NCBI RefSeq assembly: GCF_934561735.1
Contig: NZ_CAKTGT010000007.1
Location: 32,208-96,207 of the forward strand
Direction of reading: 5' to 3'
Length of the DNA stretch: 64,000 nt
Source: an uncultured Eubacterium sp.
Lineage (GTDB): Bacteria; Bacillota; Clostridia; Oscillospirales; Acutalibacteraceae
The notes under the pieces are model-generated. The model searched no databases, was not told where the DNA came from, and was given only the letters and a program-made list of their open reading frames with translations. This document shows, one piece after another, positions 48,665 to 59,505 of the stretch (the first letter of the stretch is position 1; every line of letters begins with the position of its first letter). The translations under genes were made by a program, and so were the position numbers.

Positions 48665-49932
48665 ACCCATTTTTTAATATTGATGAAAAAATAGAAACAA
48701 TGTCACAAAAAGCTCTCAATAAATGTCAAGATGCTTTTAAAATCATTGATGAAATAACGGAATATAATCAACTCAAGGTGCAAAAAGCTTTTATTGATAA
48801 CGGTATATCCGAAAGTCATTTTGCATCATCAACAGGCTACGGCTACGGCGACCGTGGCAGAGAAACTCTTGATAAAGTATGGGCACAGGTTTTCGGTGCC
48901 GAGGACGCTCTTGTTCGTCATAACTTCACTTGCGGAACGCACACCCTTGCAACTGCACTTTTCGGCGTGCTTCGTCCGGGCAATAAGATGCTTTGCGTAA
49001 CCGGCACACCCTATGATACCATACATAATGTAATCGGTATTTCAGGTGAGGGAATGGGCTCATTAAAGGATTTCGGAGTTGAATATGACGAGGTCGCTTT
49101 AAAAGACAATGTGCCTGATTTGGAAGCTATCAAAAATGCGGTTGATGACAGCGTGACTATGGTTTATATTCAGCGTAGCCGTGGCTATGAACTTCGTCCG
49201 TCGCTCACAGTTGATGTAATTGCCGATATTGTCAAAACAGTAAAGGCTAAAAATCCAAATGTAATTGTTATGGTTGATAACTGCTATGGTGAGTTTACTC
49301 AAAAACTTGAACCTACCGAGGTTGGTGCGGATTTGATTGCAGGCTCACTCATCAAAAATGCGGGCGGCGGAATTGCAAGCACAGGCGGTTACATTGCAGG
49401 CAGACACGATTTGGTCGAAAAGTGTGCTTATAGGCTTACCACTCCGGGACTCGGCAAAGAAGTTGGTTGTACAATCGGTATGAACAGAGAACTCTATATG
49501 GGATTGTTCTTTGCTCCGCATACTGTTGGCGAAGCTCTTAAAAGTGCTGTTTACATTTCTGCTCTTTTTGAGGGCTTCGGTTATGATGTAACACCTAAAT
49601 ATAACGAAAAACGAGGCGACATTGTTCAGTGCCTCGGTCTTGAAAATGAAGAAAGCCTTGTTGCTTTTTGTCAGGGTATTCAAAGCGGCAGTCCGATTGA
49701 CAGCTTTGTTTCACCTGAGCCGTGGGATATGCCCGGCTATGACAGCAAGGTAGTTATGGCAGCAGGTGCCTTTACATTAGGCTCATCAATCGAATTGTCT
49801 GCCGATGCGCCTATTCGAGAGCCGTTTTATGCTTGGATTCAGGGCGGACTCAATTTTCATTCGGCAAAAATTTGTGCTAAACTTGCGGCACAATCTATGC
49901 TTAATAAGGGGTTGTTAAAAGGTGGAATATAA
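48661..49932 (+). CDS. PLP-dependent methionine gamma-lyase-like (YnbB/aluminium-resistance) family protein
   Basis: GYGYGD.GR, IQRSRGY, VDNCYGEF, GSLIKN.GGG, SIELSADAP; ORF track start 48646. Confidence 0.92.
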   Translation: MNPFFNIDEKIETMSQKALNKCQDAFKIIDEITEYNQLKVQKAFIDNGISESHFASSTGYGYGDRGRETLDKVWAQVFGAEDALVRHNFTCGTHTLATALFGVLRPGNKMLCVTGTPYDTIHNVIGISGEGMGSLKDFGVEYDEVALKDNVPDLEAIKNAVDDSVTMVYIQRSRGYELRPSLTVDVIADIVKTVKAKNPNVIVMVDNCYGEFTQKLEPTEVGADLIAGSLIKNAGGGIASTGGYIAGRHDLVEKCAYRLTTPGLGKEVGCTIGMNRELYMGLFFAPHTVGEALKSAVYISALFEGFGYDVTPKYNEKRGDIVQCLGLENEESLVAFCQGIQSGSPIDSFVSPEPWDMPGYDSKVVMAAGAFTLGSSIELSADAPIREPFYAWIQGGLNFHSAKICAKLAAQSMLNKGLLKGGI

Positions 49933-50632
49933 CTATAAAGGAATAAAACCCGAAAGTATTGAACTTCTTTGTCTCAATCGTTTTAACGATTCAAAACCGT
50001 TTTATGAGGAACACAAGGAAGAACTTAAACAGGGAATTACCGTTCCGCTTCGCCAAATGGTGCTCGATATGTCGGATGTGCTGTTTGACATTGATGACAA
50101 AATGTATCTTGACCCTGTAAGAGTTCATTCCCGTATTCACAGAGATACAAGGGGCAACCGTTCAAAGATTAAATACAGAGAAAATATGTGGGTGTTCTTC
50201 AGACGATATAAAAAAGAATATCCGTCTGCACCTTTTTATTATTTTGAATTTTATCCAAATTGTTACGGTTACGGTCTTGTTTTTTGGACTTGGAAAGCAA
50301 GCGATTTCAGGCTTGTTCATCAAATGATTGTTGAACAGCCAAAAAGATTCAGAAAAGCACTAAAAGCGTGTGAGGATGCGGGTTTTACCTTCGATGCACA
50401 CGATTACTATAAAAAAGAAATTTATCCCGACGCTCCAAAGGATTTAAAACCTTATTTGCTTGCGAAAAACTTTTCGTTCACATATAACAGCGTTGATATG
50501 AGCAGAATAGCATCAAGCACAATTATTGACGAGATGAGGCTGGCTTTTGACATTGCCCGTCCTATGTATGAGTTTATGATTGAAGCACACGAAAAAATGA
50601 TGTTTGAGGGTCTTATAAAACCGGAGGAATAA
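49922..50632 (+). CDS. DUF2461-like protein
   Basis: N....FYEEHK, RIHRDTR...K..YRE pattern. Confidence 0.7.
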   Translation: MEYNYKGIKPESIELLCLNRFNDSKPFYEEHKEELKQGITVPLRQMVLDMSDVLFDIDDKMYLDPVRVHSRIHRDTRGNRSKIKYRENMWVFFRRYKKEYPSAPFYYFEFYPNCYGYGLVFWTWKASDFRLVHQMIVEQPKRFRKALKACEDAGFTFDAHDYYKKEIYPDAPKDLKPYLLAKNFSFTYNSVDMSRIASSTIIDEMRLAFDIARPMYEFMIEAHEKMMFEGLIKPEE

Positions 50633-50637
50633 TTGCT

Positions 50638-53600
50638 ATGTTACAGCTTGTACTCGGTCGTTCCGGAAGCGGTAAAACCGAATATGTCTTTTCACACATA
50701 AAAGAACTTGTTGAAAGCGGAGAACAAAATATTCTTTTGATTACTCCCGAGCAGTATTCTTTCATCAGTGAAAGACGACTTCTAAAGGATTTGGGAGAAA
50801 GCAGAGTCAATTCGGTAGAAAATGGCTCTTTTTCCCGTTTGTCAAATGAAATTGCCCGAAAATACGGTGCCGCACCTTTGCCTGTTTTAAGTAAAGGTGC
50901 AAAAGCGGTTGTCTTTAAAAAAGCCTGTGAAAGTATCAAGGACGATTTAAAACTTTTCGGCAAAAACACCGATAATGTTGCTTTTATTAATTCGGCAATT
51001 AAGATTTATGATGAGATGAAGTCTTGCCGAGTTTCAGCCGAAGATGTTATGAAAGCGTCAGTTAATACCGAAAAAGAAACTCTGTCGCAAAAGTTATATG
51101 ATATTTCTCTTATTATGTCTGCTTACGATTCGTATATAGCCGACAGATTTCTTGACGGTGCAAGCGAACTTACAAGACTTTATGAAAAACTTTTGAATTT
51201 GGACTATTTTGTGGGCAGAACCGTATTTATAGACGGTTTTAACGGTTTTGTTGCTCAGGAATATAAAATTCTTGAGATTATTTTGGCTCAGGCAAAAGCT
51301 GTTTATATAACTTTTGGCACAGATTCACATCTGAATAATGACAAATACAATCTTTTTTCATATGTAAACAGCAATATTAATTATCTTAGAGAAGCCGCAC
51401 AAAATGCCGGCACCTCAATGCTTGCTCCTATTTATTTAACCGAAAATCACAGGTTTAACAATGAAGAACTCAGGTTAAGTGAAAAGTTTGTTTTTTCAAA
51501 TGTAAAAGAGCCTCGTGAAGAAGTACCGCAAAATATAGAACTTTACGGTGCAAAAAATGTTACGGATGAATGTGATTTTGTGTCAGACAGAATTTCAAAA
51601 TTGCTTCGCTCGGGTGTCAAAGCGTCCGATATTGCCGTGATTTGCCGTGATTTGGATAAATATCAAAAAGAACTCCAATTTTCTTTTTCAAAATATAATA
51701 TTCCTTATTTTGATGATGAAAGGCAGAATATTTCGTCCGAGCCTCTTATTATGTTTGTTAATTTCCTTTTAAGATGCTCGATATATTCACTTTCATCAAA
51801 TGATATTTTTTCAATGCTCAAAACAGGTCTTACCGCTCTTGAGGATGAGGCTGTCAATGAACTTGAAAATTATGCTTTTATATGGAACGTTAACGGCTCA
51901 AAATGGAAAAAAGAATTTACAAATTCACCAAAAGGCTTTTCGGAAGAAATGTCCGAAAACGATATAAAAAAACTTAAAAATATAAATGACAGCAGAGAAT
52001 ATGTTGTCAGCCGACTTCAAAATTTTATGGCATCTTGTAAAAAGAAATGCACCGCAGATATTTGCAAGGCTGTGTATTTTACGCTTATTGATTTTTCGGT
52101 AGACGAAAATCTCCGTATTCTTGCAAAATCGCTTAATGAAAACGGCAAGTCCGTTCTTGCTTTTGAGCAGGGCAGAGTTTGGGATTTACTTATGAATATT
52201 CTTGACAGGCTTGCAACCGTTTCAACAGATGAAGAACTTACCGTTAAGGATTTTTACAAGCTTTTCAATCTTATGATTATGAATGAAGACCTCGGCTCTG
52301 TTCCGTCCGGTCTTGATAATGTTCAAATCGGTTCTGCCGACAGAATCAGATGCAACAATCCGTATGCTGTTTTTGTTGTCGGTGCAAATGAGGGTGAGTT
52401 TCCTCAAGCTGTTACTTCCTCCGGTTTGCTGTCCGAAAGTGACAGAAATATTCTTATAGACAATAAATTCAAATTATATTCATACGGTGAAACTCTTAAT
52501 GCACAGGAAAAATATTTTGCTTATATGGCTCTTGCCGCACCGAGCGATAAACTTTATGTATCATTCAGAAACAGCAGTTCCGACGGTGCCGAGAGTATTA
52601 TTGTCAGCGAATTAAAAGCACTGTTTACAAACCTCCGGGTTAATTCAGCCGATTATGATTATTCTCTTTCAAAAGTTGAAACCGATGCCAATACCTTTGA
52701 AATTTTGGCTTCAAACTATGATGACAATGCCGAATTTGTTGCAACATTGAAGCAATATTTTGCCGAAAAACCCGAATATGAAAGCAGACTTTCAGCGGTT
52801 GAAAGACTGTCAAAAAATGATAATATAATAATTAAAAATCCCGATTTGGCACGAAAACTTTTCAAAAACGATATGTACCTTTCAGTGTCAAAAATTGAGG
52901 ATTATTATAAGTGTGCCTTTAGGTATTATTGTAAATTCGGGCTTAATGCCCGTCCGAGAATAAAGGCGGAAATGAACCCTATGCAAACAGGTTCGGTTAT
53001 TCACTATGTTCTTGAATGTATCATCAAAGAATACGGCTCAAAAGGGATTTTAAGCCTTGATAACGCCGAGATAACGAGTATTGTAAGAAAATACTTAAAA
53101 GAGTATTTGGAAACAAAAATGGGCGATTACAGCGAGTTTACAGTCAGGTTTAAGTATCAGTTTATGCGTTTGTCAAAGCTTATTTCGTATGTTGTTTTCA
53201 GACTTCGTGACGAATTTGAAAACAGTGATTTTGAACCTCGTGCCTTTGAACTTTCAATCGGTAACGGTGAAAACGGCGAAAGCGTAAAATCACAGGTTAT
53301 CAATCTTGCGGACGGCGGCACAATTCAAATAAGAGGCTCTATCGACAGAGTAGATACATATACCGAAAACGGTGAGCAATATGTCCGTGTTGTGGATTAT
53401 AAGAGCGGAACTAAAAAATTTAAACTCAGTGATATTTTGTATGGCCTTAATTTGCAAATGTTCGTTTATTTGTTTACGCTTTGCAAAAGCGACAACGAAC
53501 TTGCAGGTAAGGAAGCCGGGGTTTTGTATCTTCATTCGGCAAGAAGCATCTATAATGTTTCAAGAAACAGTCTTTACAATGAGGTTTCGGATGGGGATGA

Positions 53601-53982
53601 CAAATCATACAAAATGCTAGGAGTCGTTCTTAATGATGACGAACATAAAATTGCCGAGCATATGGAACATGATTTAAAGGGCAGATTTATAGATGCAAAA
53701 GCTTATGCCAAAGGCGGAGTTGGCGGCAGTATCGTAAGCCTTGAGGATATGGGTAGAATTTCGCATAAAATAGACAGTCTGATTGAACAAATGGGTATTA
53801 ATCTCCATATGGGCAAAATTATGCAGAATCCCGTTGATTCTCCGACACATAACAATACTTGCGAATTTTGCGATTATTCTTCCGTTTGTGCCAACAGAAA
53901 AGAAATTGAACCTAAAGAGTTGGAAGAGTACTCTTTTTCAAAGACACTTGAAATACTGAAGGAGGATGATACAAATGCCTAA
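50638..53982 (+). CDS. addB: ATP-dependent helicase/nuclease subunit B
   Basis: GRSGSGKT, PEQYSF, IDGFNGF, G.IDRVD, VVDYKSG, LQM..Y; Fe-S cysteines C...CEFCDYSSVC. Confidence 0.93.
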   Translation: MLQLVLGRSGSGKTEYVFSHIKELVESGEQNILLITPEQYSFISERRLLKDLGESRVNSVENGSFSRLSNEIARKYGAAPLPVLSKGAKAVVFKKACESIKDDLKLFGKNTDNVAFINSAIKIYDEMKSCRVSAEDVMKASVNTEKETLSQKLYDISLIMSAYDSYIADRFLDGASELTRLYEKLLNLDYFVGRTVFIDGFNGFVAQEYKILEIILAQAKAVYITFGTDSHLNNDKYNLFSYVNSNINYLREAAQNAGTSMLAPIYLTENHRFNNEELRLSEKFVFSNVKEPREEVPQNIELYGAKNVTDECDFVSDRISKLLRSGVKASDIAVICRDLDKYQKELQFSFSKYNIPYFDDERQNISSEPLIMFVNFLLRCSIYSLSSNDIFSMLKTGLTALEDEAVNELENYAFIWNVNGSKWKKEFTNSPKGFSEEMSENDIKKLKNINDSREYVVSRLQNFMASCKKKCTADICKAVYFTLIDFSVDENLRILAKSLNENGKSVLAFEQGRVWDLLMNILDRLATVSTDEELTVKDFYKLFNLMIMNEDLGSVPSGLDNVQIGSADRIRCNNPYAVFVVGANEGEFPQAVTSSGLLSESDRNILIDNKFKLYSYGETLNAQEKYFAYMALAAPSDKLYVSFRNSSSDGAESIIVSELKALFTNLRVNSADYDYSLSKVETDANTFEILASNYDDNAEFVATLKQYFAEKPEYESRLSAVERLSKNDNIIIKNPDLARKLFKNDMYLSVSKIEDYYKCAFRYYCKFGLNARPRIKAEMNPMQTGSVIHYVLECIIKEYGSKGILSLDNAEITSIVRKYLKEYLETKMGDYSEFTVRFKYQFMRLSKLISYVVFRLRDEFENSDFEPRAFELSIGNGENGESVKSQVINLADGGTIQIRGSIDRVDTYTENGEQYVRVVDYKSGTKKFKLSDILYGLNLQMFVYLFTLCKSDNELAGKEAGVLYLHSARSIYNVSRNSLYNEVSDGDDKSYKMLGVVLNDDEHKIAEHMEHDLKGRFIDAKAYAKGGVGGSIVSLEDMGRISHKIDSLIEQMGINLHMGKIMQNPVDSPTHNNTCEFCDYSSVCANRKEIEPKELEEYSFSKTLEILKEDDTNA

Positions 53983-56900
53983 TTGGACAAAACCGCAACA
54001 AAATGCTATAGAAGCCCGTGGCAGTAACATTCTCGTCAGTGCGGCGGCAGGCTCCGGAAAAACCGCAGTTTTGGTAGAGCGTGTTATACGGCTTATTACA
54101 GATGTTACGCTTAATGTAGATGTTGACAAACTTCTTATAGTTACATTTACAAATGCAGCGGCGGCAGAAATGAAAAGCAGAATTGCCAAAGCTTTGCTTA
54201 AAATTATAAAAGAAAATCCAAACGATACCAACGCCCACAAACAGCTTTCGCTTTTGCCTAATGCCAAGGTTTCAACTATAGATTCGTTTTGTATAGGATT
54301 GGTTAGGGAAAATTTCTTTAATCTTGATATAGAACAGGATTTTAAAATTCTTGATAATTCCGAAAATTCTATTCTTGAACAAACCGCAATAGATGAAGTC
54401 CTCGGTGCTCTTTATGAAGAAAACGGCGACGGATTTAAAGAACTTGTTGATATGTTTTCATCAACAAAGGACGACAAGGGCTTTGCCGAAACAGTAAAAA
54501 AAATCAGTCACTTCATTTCTTCGCAGTCTTTTCCGAATATTTGGCTTGATGAAGTTTGCGAAGAATACAATCCCGATGTTAAGTTTGAGGACTCATTTTT
54601 TGCTCAGTATGTCTTTGATGAAACAAATGAACTTTTAACGGTTGCAAAAGACCTTTATATACAGTCAAAACAAGCATTGACCCCGTTAAACGATAAGCAT
54701 TTAAAACTTCTTGATATGCTTGACAGCGATTATAAAATTATAGATGCGTTGCTAAAAAATGCCGCAAACCGTAAATGGGACGAACAGCTTGATGTGCTTG
54801 AAAATCTCTCGTTTGTAAGATTTCCGACCGTTAAATGCAATGAAAAGGATTTTGTAAAAGCCAATAGAGATTTGTATAAGGAGATTATTACTAAATCAAT
54901 TGCTCCTATGTATTCGGTACGAAGCAAAGATTACACAAATGATTGTATGTTGCTTTATCCTGTAATAAAAAAACTTACCGAAGTTGTAAAACTGTTTAAT
55001 CAAAAAACATATGAAATGAAAAAAGAAATTAACTCTTTTACTTTTTCGGATATTGAGCATTTTGCAATTAATCTTTTGTTTTATCCCGATGAAAACGGTG
55101 ATATTGTAAGAACCGATTTGGCAAAAGAACTTGAATTATCGTTTTACGAAATTTTAGTTGACGAATATCAGGATACCAATTCGGCTCAGGATATGCTGTT
55201 TGCCGTTTTGTCAAACGACAAAAATCGATTTATGGTAGGGGATGTTAAACAAAGTATTTACAAATTCCGCCTTGCAATGCCTTTTATCTTTACAAAGAAA
55301 AAGGATGCTTATCAATTATATGATAAAGACAGTAATGCAACAAGGCAAAAAATCATTTTGAGCAATAATTTTCGCTCACGCAAGGGCGTGTGCGATTATG
55401 TCAATTTTGTTTGCAAAAATATAATGTCCAAAAAAGTCGGCGGTATAGATTATAATGAAGAGGAAATGCTTAATTCTTCCGCTGATTTTAATGATACGGA
55501 TGTGCCGTCGGCTCAAATAAAATATGTTTCCGTTCCCGACGGTGAAAATGCCGATGAATACGAAGCACATCAAATTGCCAATTATATTATTAAAAAGGTT
55601 AATAATAAAGAAAAAATTAAAGACGGCGATATTTATAGAGAAATTCGCTACGGTGACTTTGCAATTCTTCTTCGCAGTGCAAAAGGAAGAATGAATGTAA
55701 TTGCCGATGTCTTTGCCGGGTACGGTATTCCTACAGTGTCAAATAACAAGGTTAACTTGCTTGATAATAAGGAAGTTGTAATTTTGCTTAATTTCCTGCG
55801 TGTTATAGACAATCCTACACAGGATATTCCGCTTCTTGCAACGCTTATGTCTGTATTTTACGGTTATAGTGCTGATGAAATTTCACAAGCAAAGGTTGAT
55901 TATCCTTACGGTAATTTGTATTCTTCCGTATCAAAATCCGATGTTTTTTCAAAATTTGTTGACGATTTAAAGATGTACAGAGAATTCGCTTCGTCAATGA
56001 GCGTAGAAAATCTTGTTCGCCGAATTATAGGCGATACATCATATTTGTCTGTTATATCCGCTATGGGCAATCATGAGCAAAGAGTGCAAAATGTTAAGCT
56101 TCTTATTGATATTGCAAAAAAATTTGATAACGGCGAAAATGTCGGACTGACCGCATTTATCAGATATGTTGATTATATTATTGAAAACAAATTTAATGTG
56201 GAAAGTGCTACAGTAAACGATGCGGGTAAAGACGCTGTTGCAATTATGACCGTTCATCACTCAAAAGGACTTGAATTTCCTGTGTGTATTCTTGCCGGAG
56301 CAAATCGTAAATATAATAAGGATGATGTTAATAAAGACCTTATTCAGCTTAACGCTCGGCGTGGTATAGGAGTAAAAATCTATGACGATCAAACGCTTTG
56401 CAGATTTAATTCGCTTCAATTCAGCGTTATTAAAGATATCAATACATATGAAATGATGAGTGAAAATCTGCGTGTCCTTTATGTTGCAATGACAAGAGCG
56501 AAAGAGCAGTTTGTAACCTTTATATCCGTGTCGTCTAAAGGCGGAGTGGAAGCGTATGTTGATTCACTTTCAAAAAAACTTATTTCTTCAAGTTCTTCAA
56601 CTGTGCCGATAATATCTCCTTTTACGGTAAAAAAAGCCAATACGGACGCCGAACTGTTAACTCTCTGTGCACTTATACATAAGGATGGAAGTATTCTTCG
56701 TGATATGTGTTCAAAAGACGATATAGGCTTTGATATGTATTCGGATTTTCATTTGGATATTGAACTTCCCAATAAAGAAATTGAGCCTGAACAGCAGGAA
56801 AAATTGCAGGTTCCTTATAATCCCGAACTTCTTTCTCGACTTAAAGATAAACTTAGTTTTAGGTACGAACGCCTCGGAGTGTCGGAATTTACTTCAAAGC

Positions 56901-57484
56901 GTACCGCTTCATCTCTTGATGCCGCCGAGCAGGATTTTAAATATCTCACTTCATCCAAACCGGCGTTTTTGAACAAAGAAAATATGACTGCGGCACAAAA
57001 GGGTACGGCAATGCATACTTTTATGCAGTTTTGCGATTATGATTTTGCAAAGGCAGACCTTGAAAATGAGATTGAACGATTGGTTTCTCTTTCGTTTTTA
57101 ACCGATGAGCAGGCAAAGAGTCTTGACAGAAAAAAACTTTCGGCATTTTTTAACGGAGCTTTTGCCGAGAGAATGTTCGGCAGTGCACATATTTACCGGG
57201 AAATAAAAGTTTCGTCATTCGTTCCGGTTAACGAAATTGAAGATACGGAATTTACCGATGAAGTCCTTATCCAAGGTATTGCCGATTGTGTATTTGAAGA
57301 AAACGGAGAACTTGTGCTTGTTGATTATAAAACCGACAAAGCAGACAGTGAGGAAGAACTCATTGATAAATACAAAAATCAAATTGCTTTTTATAAAAAA
57401 GCAGTGGCAAAAACATTAATGAAACCGGTAAAAGAAGCGGTATTGTACTCGTTTTCACTAAATAAAGTGTGTATTTACAAATAA
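53975..57484 (+). CDS. addA: ATP-dependent helicase/nuclease subunit A
   Basis: SAAAGSGKT, TFTNAAA.EM, VDEYQDTN, VGDVKQSIY.FR, TVHHSKGLEF, YVAMTRAK, VDYKTD. Confidence 0.96.
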   Translation: MPNWTKPQQNAIEARGSNILVSAAAGSGKTAVLVERVIRLITDVTLNVDVDKLLIVTFTNAAAAEMKSRIAKALLKIIKENPNDTNAHKQLSLLPNAKVSTIDSFCIGLVRENFFNLDIEQDFKILDNSENSILEQTAIDEVLGALYEENGDGFKELVDMFSSTKDDKGFAETVKKISHFISSQSFPNIWLDEVCEEYNPDVKFEDSFFAQYVFDETNELLTVAKDLYIQSKQALTPLNDKHLKLLDMLDSDYKIIDALLKNAANRKWDEQLDVLENLSFVRFPTVKCNEKDFVKANRDLYKEIITKSIAPMYSVRSKDYTNDCMLLYPVIKKLTEVVKLFNQKTYEMKKEINSFTFSDIEHFAINLLFYPDENGDIVRTDLAKELELSFYEILVDEYQDTNSAQDMLFAVLSNDKNRFMVGDVKQSIYKFRLAMPFIFTKKKDAYQLYDKDSNATRQKIILSNNFRSRKGVCDYVNFVCKNIMSKKVGGIDYNEEEMLNSSADFNDTDVPSAQIKYVSVPDGENADEYEAHQIANYIIKKVNNKEKIKDGDIYREIRYGDFAILLRSAKGRMNVIADVFAGYGIPTVSNNKVNLLDNKEVVILLNFLRVIDNPTQDIPLLATLMSVFYGYSADEISQAKVDYPYGNLYSSVSKSDVFSKFVDDLKMYREFASSMSVENLVRRIIGDTSYLSVISAMGNHEQRVQNVKLLIDIAKKFDNGENVGLTAFIRYVDYIIENKFNVESATVNDAGKDAVAIMTVHHSKGLEFPVCILAGANRKYNKDDVNKDLIQLNARRGIGVKIYDDQTLCRFNSLQFSVIKDINTYEMMSENLRVLYVAMTRAKEQFVTFISVSSKGGVEAYVDSLSKKLISSSSSTVPIISPFTVKKANTDAELLTLCALIHKDGSILRDMCSKDDIGFDMYSDFHLDIELPNKEIEPEQQEKLQVPYNPELLSRLKDKLSFRYERLGVSEFTSKRTASSLDAAEQDFKYLTSSKPAFLNKENMTAAQKGTAMHTFMQFCDYDFAKADLENEIERLVSLSFLTDEQAKSLDRKKLSAFFNGAFAERMFGSAHIYREIKVSSFVPVNEIEDTEFTDEVLIQGIADCVFEENGELVLVDYKTDKADSEEELIDKYKNQIAFYKKAVAKTLMKPVKEAVLYSFSLNKVCIYK

Positions 57485-57498
57485 ATTCAAAAAAACAC

Positions 57499-57527
57499 TT
57501 GCATTTTGTGTTAAACTTTGTTATAAT
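57499..57527 (+). promoter_or_regulatory. sigmaA-type promoter of rpmE
   Basis: TTGCAT-17 bp-TATAAT with extended -10 TG. Confidence 0.75.
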
Positions 57528-57600
57528 TCTTGCGTTATAAGATTTAGTTGAAAACAGCTATATTCTTTCGACTATCGGCAATTTAAGCGAGGTGAAAGTA

Positions 57601-57804
57601 ATGAAAGACGGAATTCATCCAGAATATCAGACATGCACAGTTAAGTGTGCTTGCGGTGCAACATTTGAAACAAAGAGCACTAAAGGCGATATGAAAGTTG
57701 ATATTTGCTCAAAGTGTCACCCATTCTATACAGGTAAGCAAAAGCTTGTAGATACAGGTGGACGAGTTGAGAGATTCAACAAGAGATTTGCTAAGAAGGG
57801 CTAA
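57601..57804 (+). CDS. rpmE: 50S ribosomal protein L31 (zinc-binding type)
   Basis: [27 protein letters not shown]. Confidence 0.97.
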   Translation: MKDGIHPEYQTCTVKCACGATFETKSTKGDMKVDICSKCHPFYTGKQKLVDTGGRVERFNKRFAKKG

Positions 57805-57816
57805 TCAAAAAATAAC

Positions 57817-57858
57817 GGCAACAGTTGGTACAACCTCTGTTGCCTTGTTTTTTCTTTT
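57817..57858 (+). terminator. Terminator after rpmE
   Basis: GGCAACAG...CTGTTGCC followed by a T-rich tail. Confidence 0.75.
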
Positions 57859-57867
57859 GGAGGATGT

Positions 57868-58488
57868 ATGGAAGAATACAGAACCGTTGAAATTGCTTCG
57901 GATGATTTTTTTATTGAGAAAAAGTCAAAGTTTATAGGTTATGCAAAGCCGGTTAAGACCGTAGAGGAAGCAACAGAATTTATTTCACAAATCAGATCAA
58001 AACATTGGGATGCAACTCACAATGTTTATGCCTATATTTTGCGTGAAAACAACACACAACGATATAGTGATGACGGAGAACCCGGCGGAACAGCGGGTGT
58101 TCCTATGCTTGATGTTTTGCTCAAGGAAAATCTTGTTGATGTCTGCGTTGTCGGCACAAGATATTTCGGCGGAACTCTCCTTGGTGCAGGTGGTTTGGTT
58201 CGTGCATATAGCCATACCTCAAAAATTGCTGTTGAGGCTGCACACATCATCACTATGGCAGAATGTGATGTAATGAGTGTTGCGGTTGATTATTCGTTTT
58301 ATGAGAGAATGAATAATCTTTTGTCCGACTTTTCGGCAAATATTAAAGATACTGTGTTTGCCGATAATGTAAAAATCATTTTTTCAATAAAGAAGGATAA
58401 GGTAGAACCTTTGCAGGAGAAGTTGACGGATATAAGCAATGCAAAATATGCTCTTGAATATCTTAATTCCGAATTCGCAAAAGTATAA
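57868..58488 (+). CDS. yigZ: YigZ/IMPACT-family protein
   Basis: EKKSKFIG, ATHNVYAY, SDDGEP.GTAG.P, RYFGG.LLG.GGLVRAY. Confidence 0.95.
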   Translation: MEEYRTVEIASDDFFIEKKSKFIGYAKPVKTVEEATEFISQIRSKHWDATHNVYAYILRENNTQRYSDDGEPGGTAGVPMLDVLLKENLVDVCVVGTRYFGGTLLGAGGLVRAYSHTSKIAVEAAHIITMAECDVMSVAVDYSFYERMNNLLSDFSANIKDTVFADNVKIIFSIKKDKVEPLQEKLTDISNAKYALEYLNSEFAKV

Positions 58489-58491
58489 TAA

Positions 58492-58521
58492 AAAACAGGA
58501 GGCTAATCTGCTTCCTGTTTT
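58492..58521. terminator. Bidirectional terminator
   Basis: AAAACAGGA...TCCTGTTTT between convergent genes. Confidence 0.75.
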
Positions 58522-58528
58522 CTCTGTT

Positions 58529-59371
58529 CTATTGGTTGATGTTAATTACATTTATCTCCGGATGATTAAACAGCCTAAAAGGGAATTCTGCGTTTCCGAG
58601 TCCTCGTGAAACAATCAACTTCGGTCTGTCACCAAACGAGCCTTTTGCGTATTTTGGAAAAAGTCCTTGACCGGGTGAAAACACAGGACCGATGAACGGC
58701 AAACAAAATTGTCCGCCGTGTGCGTGCCCCGACAGTTGTATGTCAAAATCATATTGACTGTAATTCATTTCTCTCACATTTTTAAAATTTTCCGGGAAAT
58801 GTGAGAGTACAATTTTAAATCCGCTGTTGCTTTTTAATTCAGCAAAATACGGCGACATATCCTTGTAAACAAAAGTTCCGTTCTTTCGTGTCTTGTAGTC
58901 TTTAAAGTCTGCTTGATTTTCATCAAGTCCTAAAATATTCACATCAAATCCTTTATCGTTATAAACAGAAATTCTGTTGAGCAAAACGATAAACCCGATG
59001 TCAGAAAGTTCTTGCATTATACTTTCAAAATTGTCAAGTCGTCTTTCGTGGTTGCCTGTGATGTAGTAGACCTTTGCAATTTTAACAAGTTCTTTGCCGT
59101 AGGCAAGCATTTTGTCCTTGTTTTTGCATCGGTCGTTTATATAATCGCCGGTTATGCAGATTATATCGGGATTAAGTTCTTTTGTTATTTTTAAAACTTT
59201 AGCAAACGGTTTTGAATGCAAGTCGCTCAGCTGAACAATTCTGAGTTTGCCGCATTCCGTTGATTTTATATTATGATTTGTAATATCAACCGTGTTATTT
59301 TGCAGATATAAAAATATAATCAGCAGTATTAATATAATTAAAGCCGTAATTGTAATTAAAATATATTCCAT
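58529..59371 (-). CDS. Membrane-anchored metallophosphoesterase (YkuE-like)
   Basis: SDLH, TGD, GNHE, LSH.P, SGHAHGGQ, VSRGLG. Confidence 0.92.
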   Translation of the reverse strand: MEYILITITALIILILLIIFLYLQNNTVDITNHNIKSTECGKLRIVQLSDLHSKPFAKVLKITKELNPDIICITGDYINDRCKNKDKMLAYGKELVKIAKVYYITGNHERRLDNFESIMQELSDIGFIVLLNRISVYNDKGFDVNILGLDENQADFKDYKTRKNGTFVYKDMSPYFAELKSNSGFKIVLSHFPENFKNVREMNYSQYDFDIQLSGHAHGGQFCLPFIGPVFSPGQGLFPKYAKGSFGDRPKLIVSRGLGNAEFPFRLFNHPEINVININQ

Positions 59372-59505
59372 AAAACACCTCTTATTTTATGATACATTTT
59401 TATTTTTTGCCCGTCAAGATAAAAAAATAAAGGATTTTTTATATTTTTAGAGTATAGTATAATGGATAGAAAAATTCAGTAGCATTTTGACGAAAGGAGA
59501 GGGGT

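Noticed and set aside
50638..57484. Helicase plus Fe-S PD-(D/E)xK nuclease pair as a defence system or Cas4
   Set aside because: Size, motifs and order fit canonical AddAB; no cas genes or repeat-spacer array are present.
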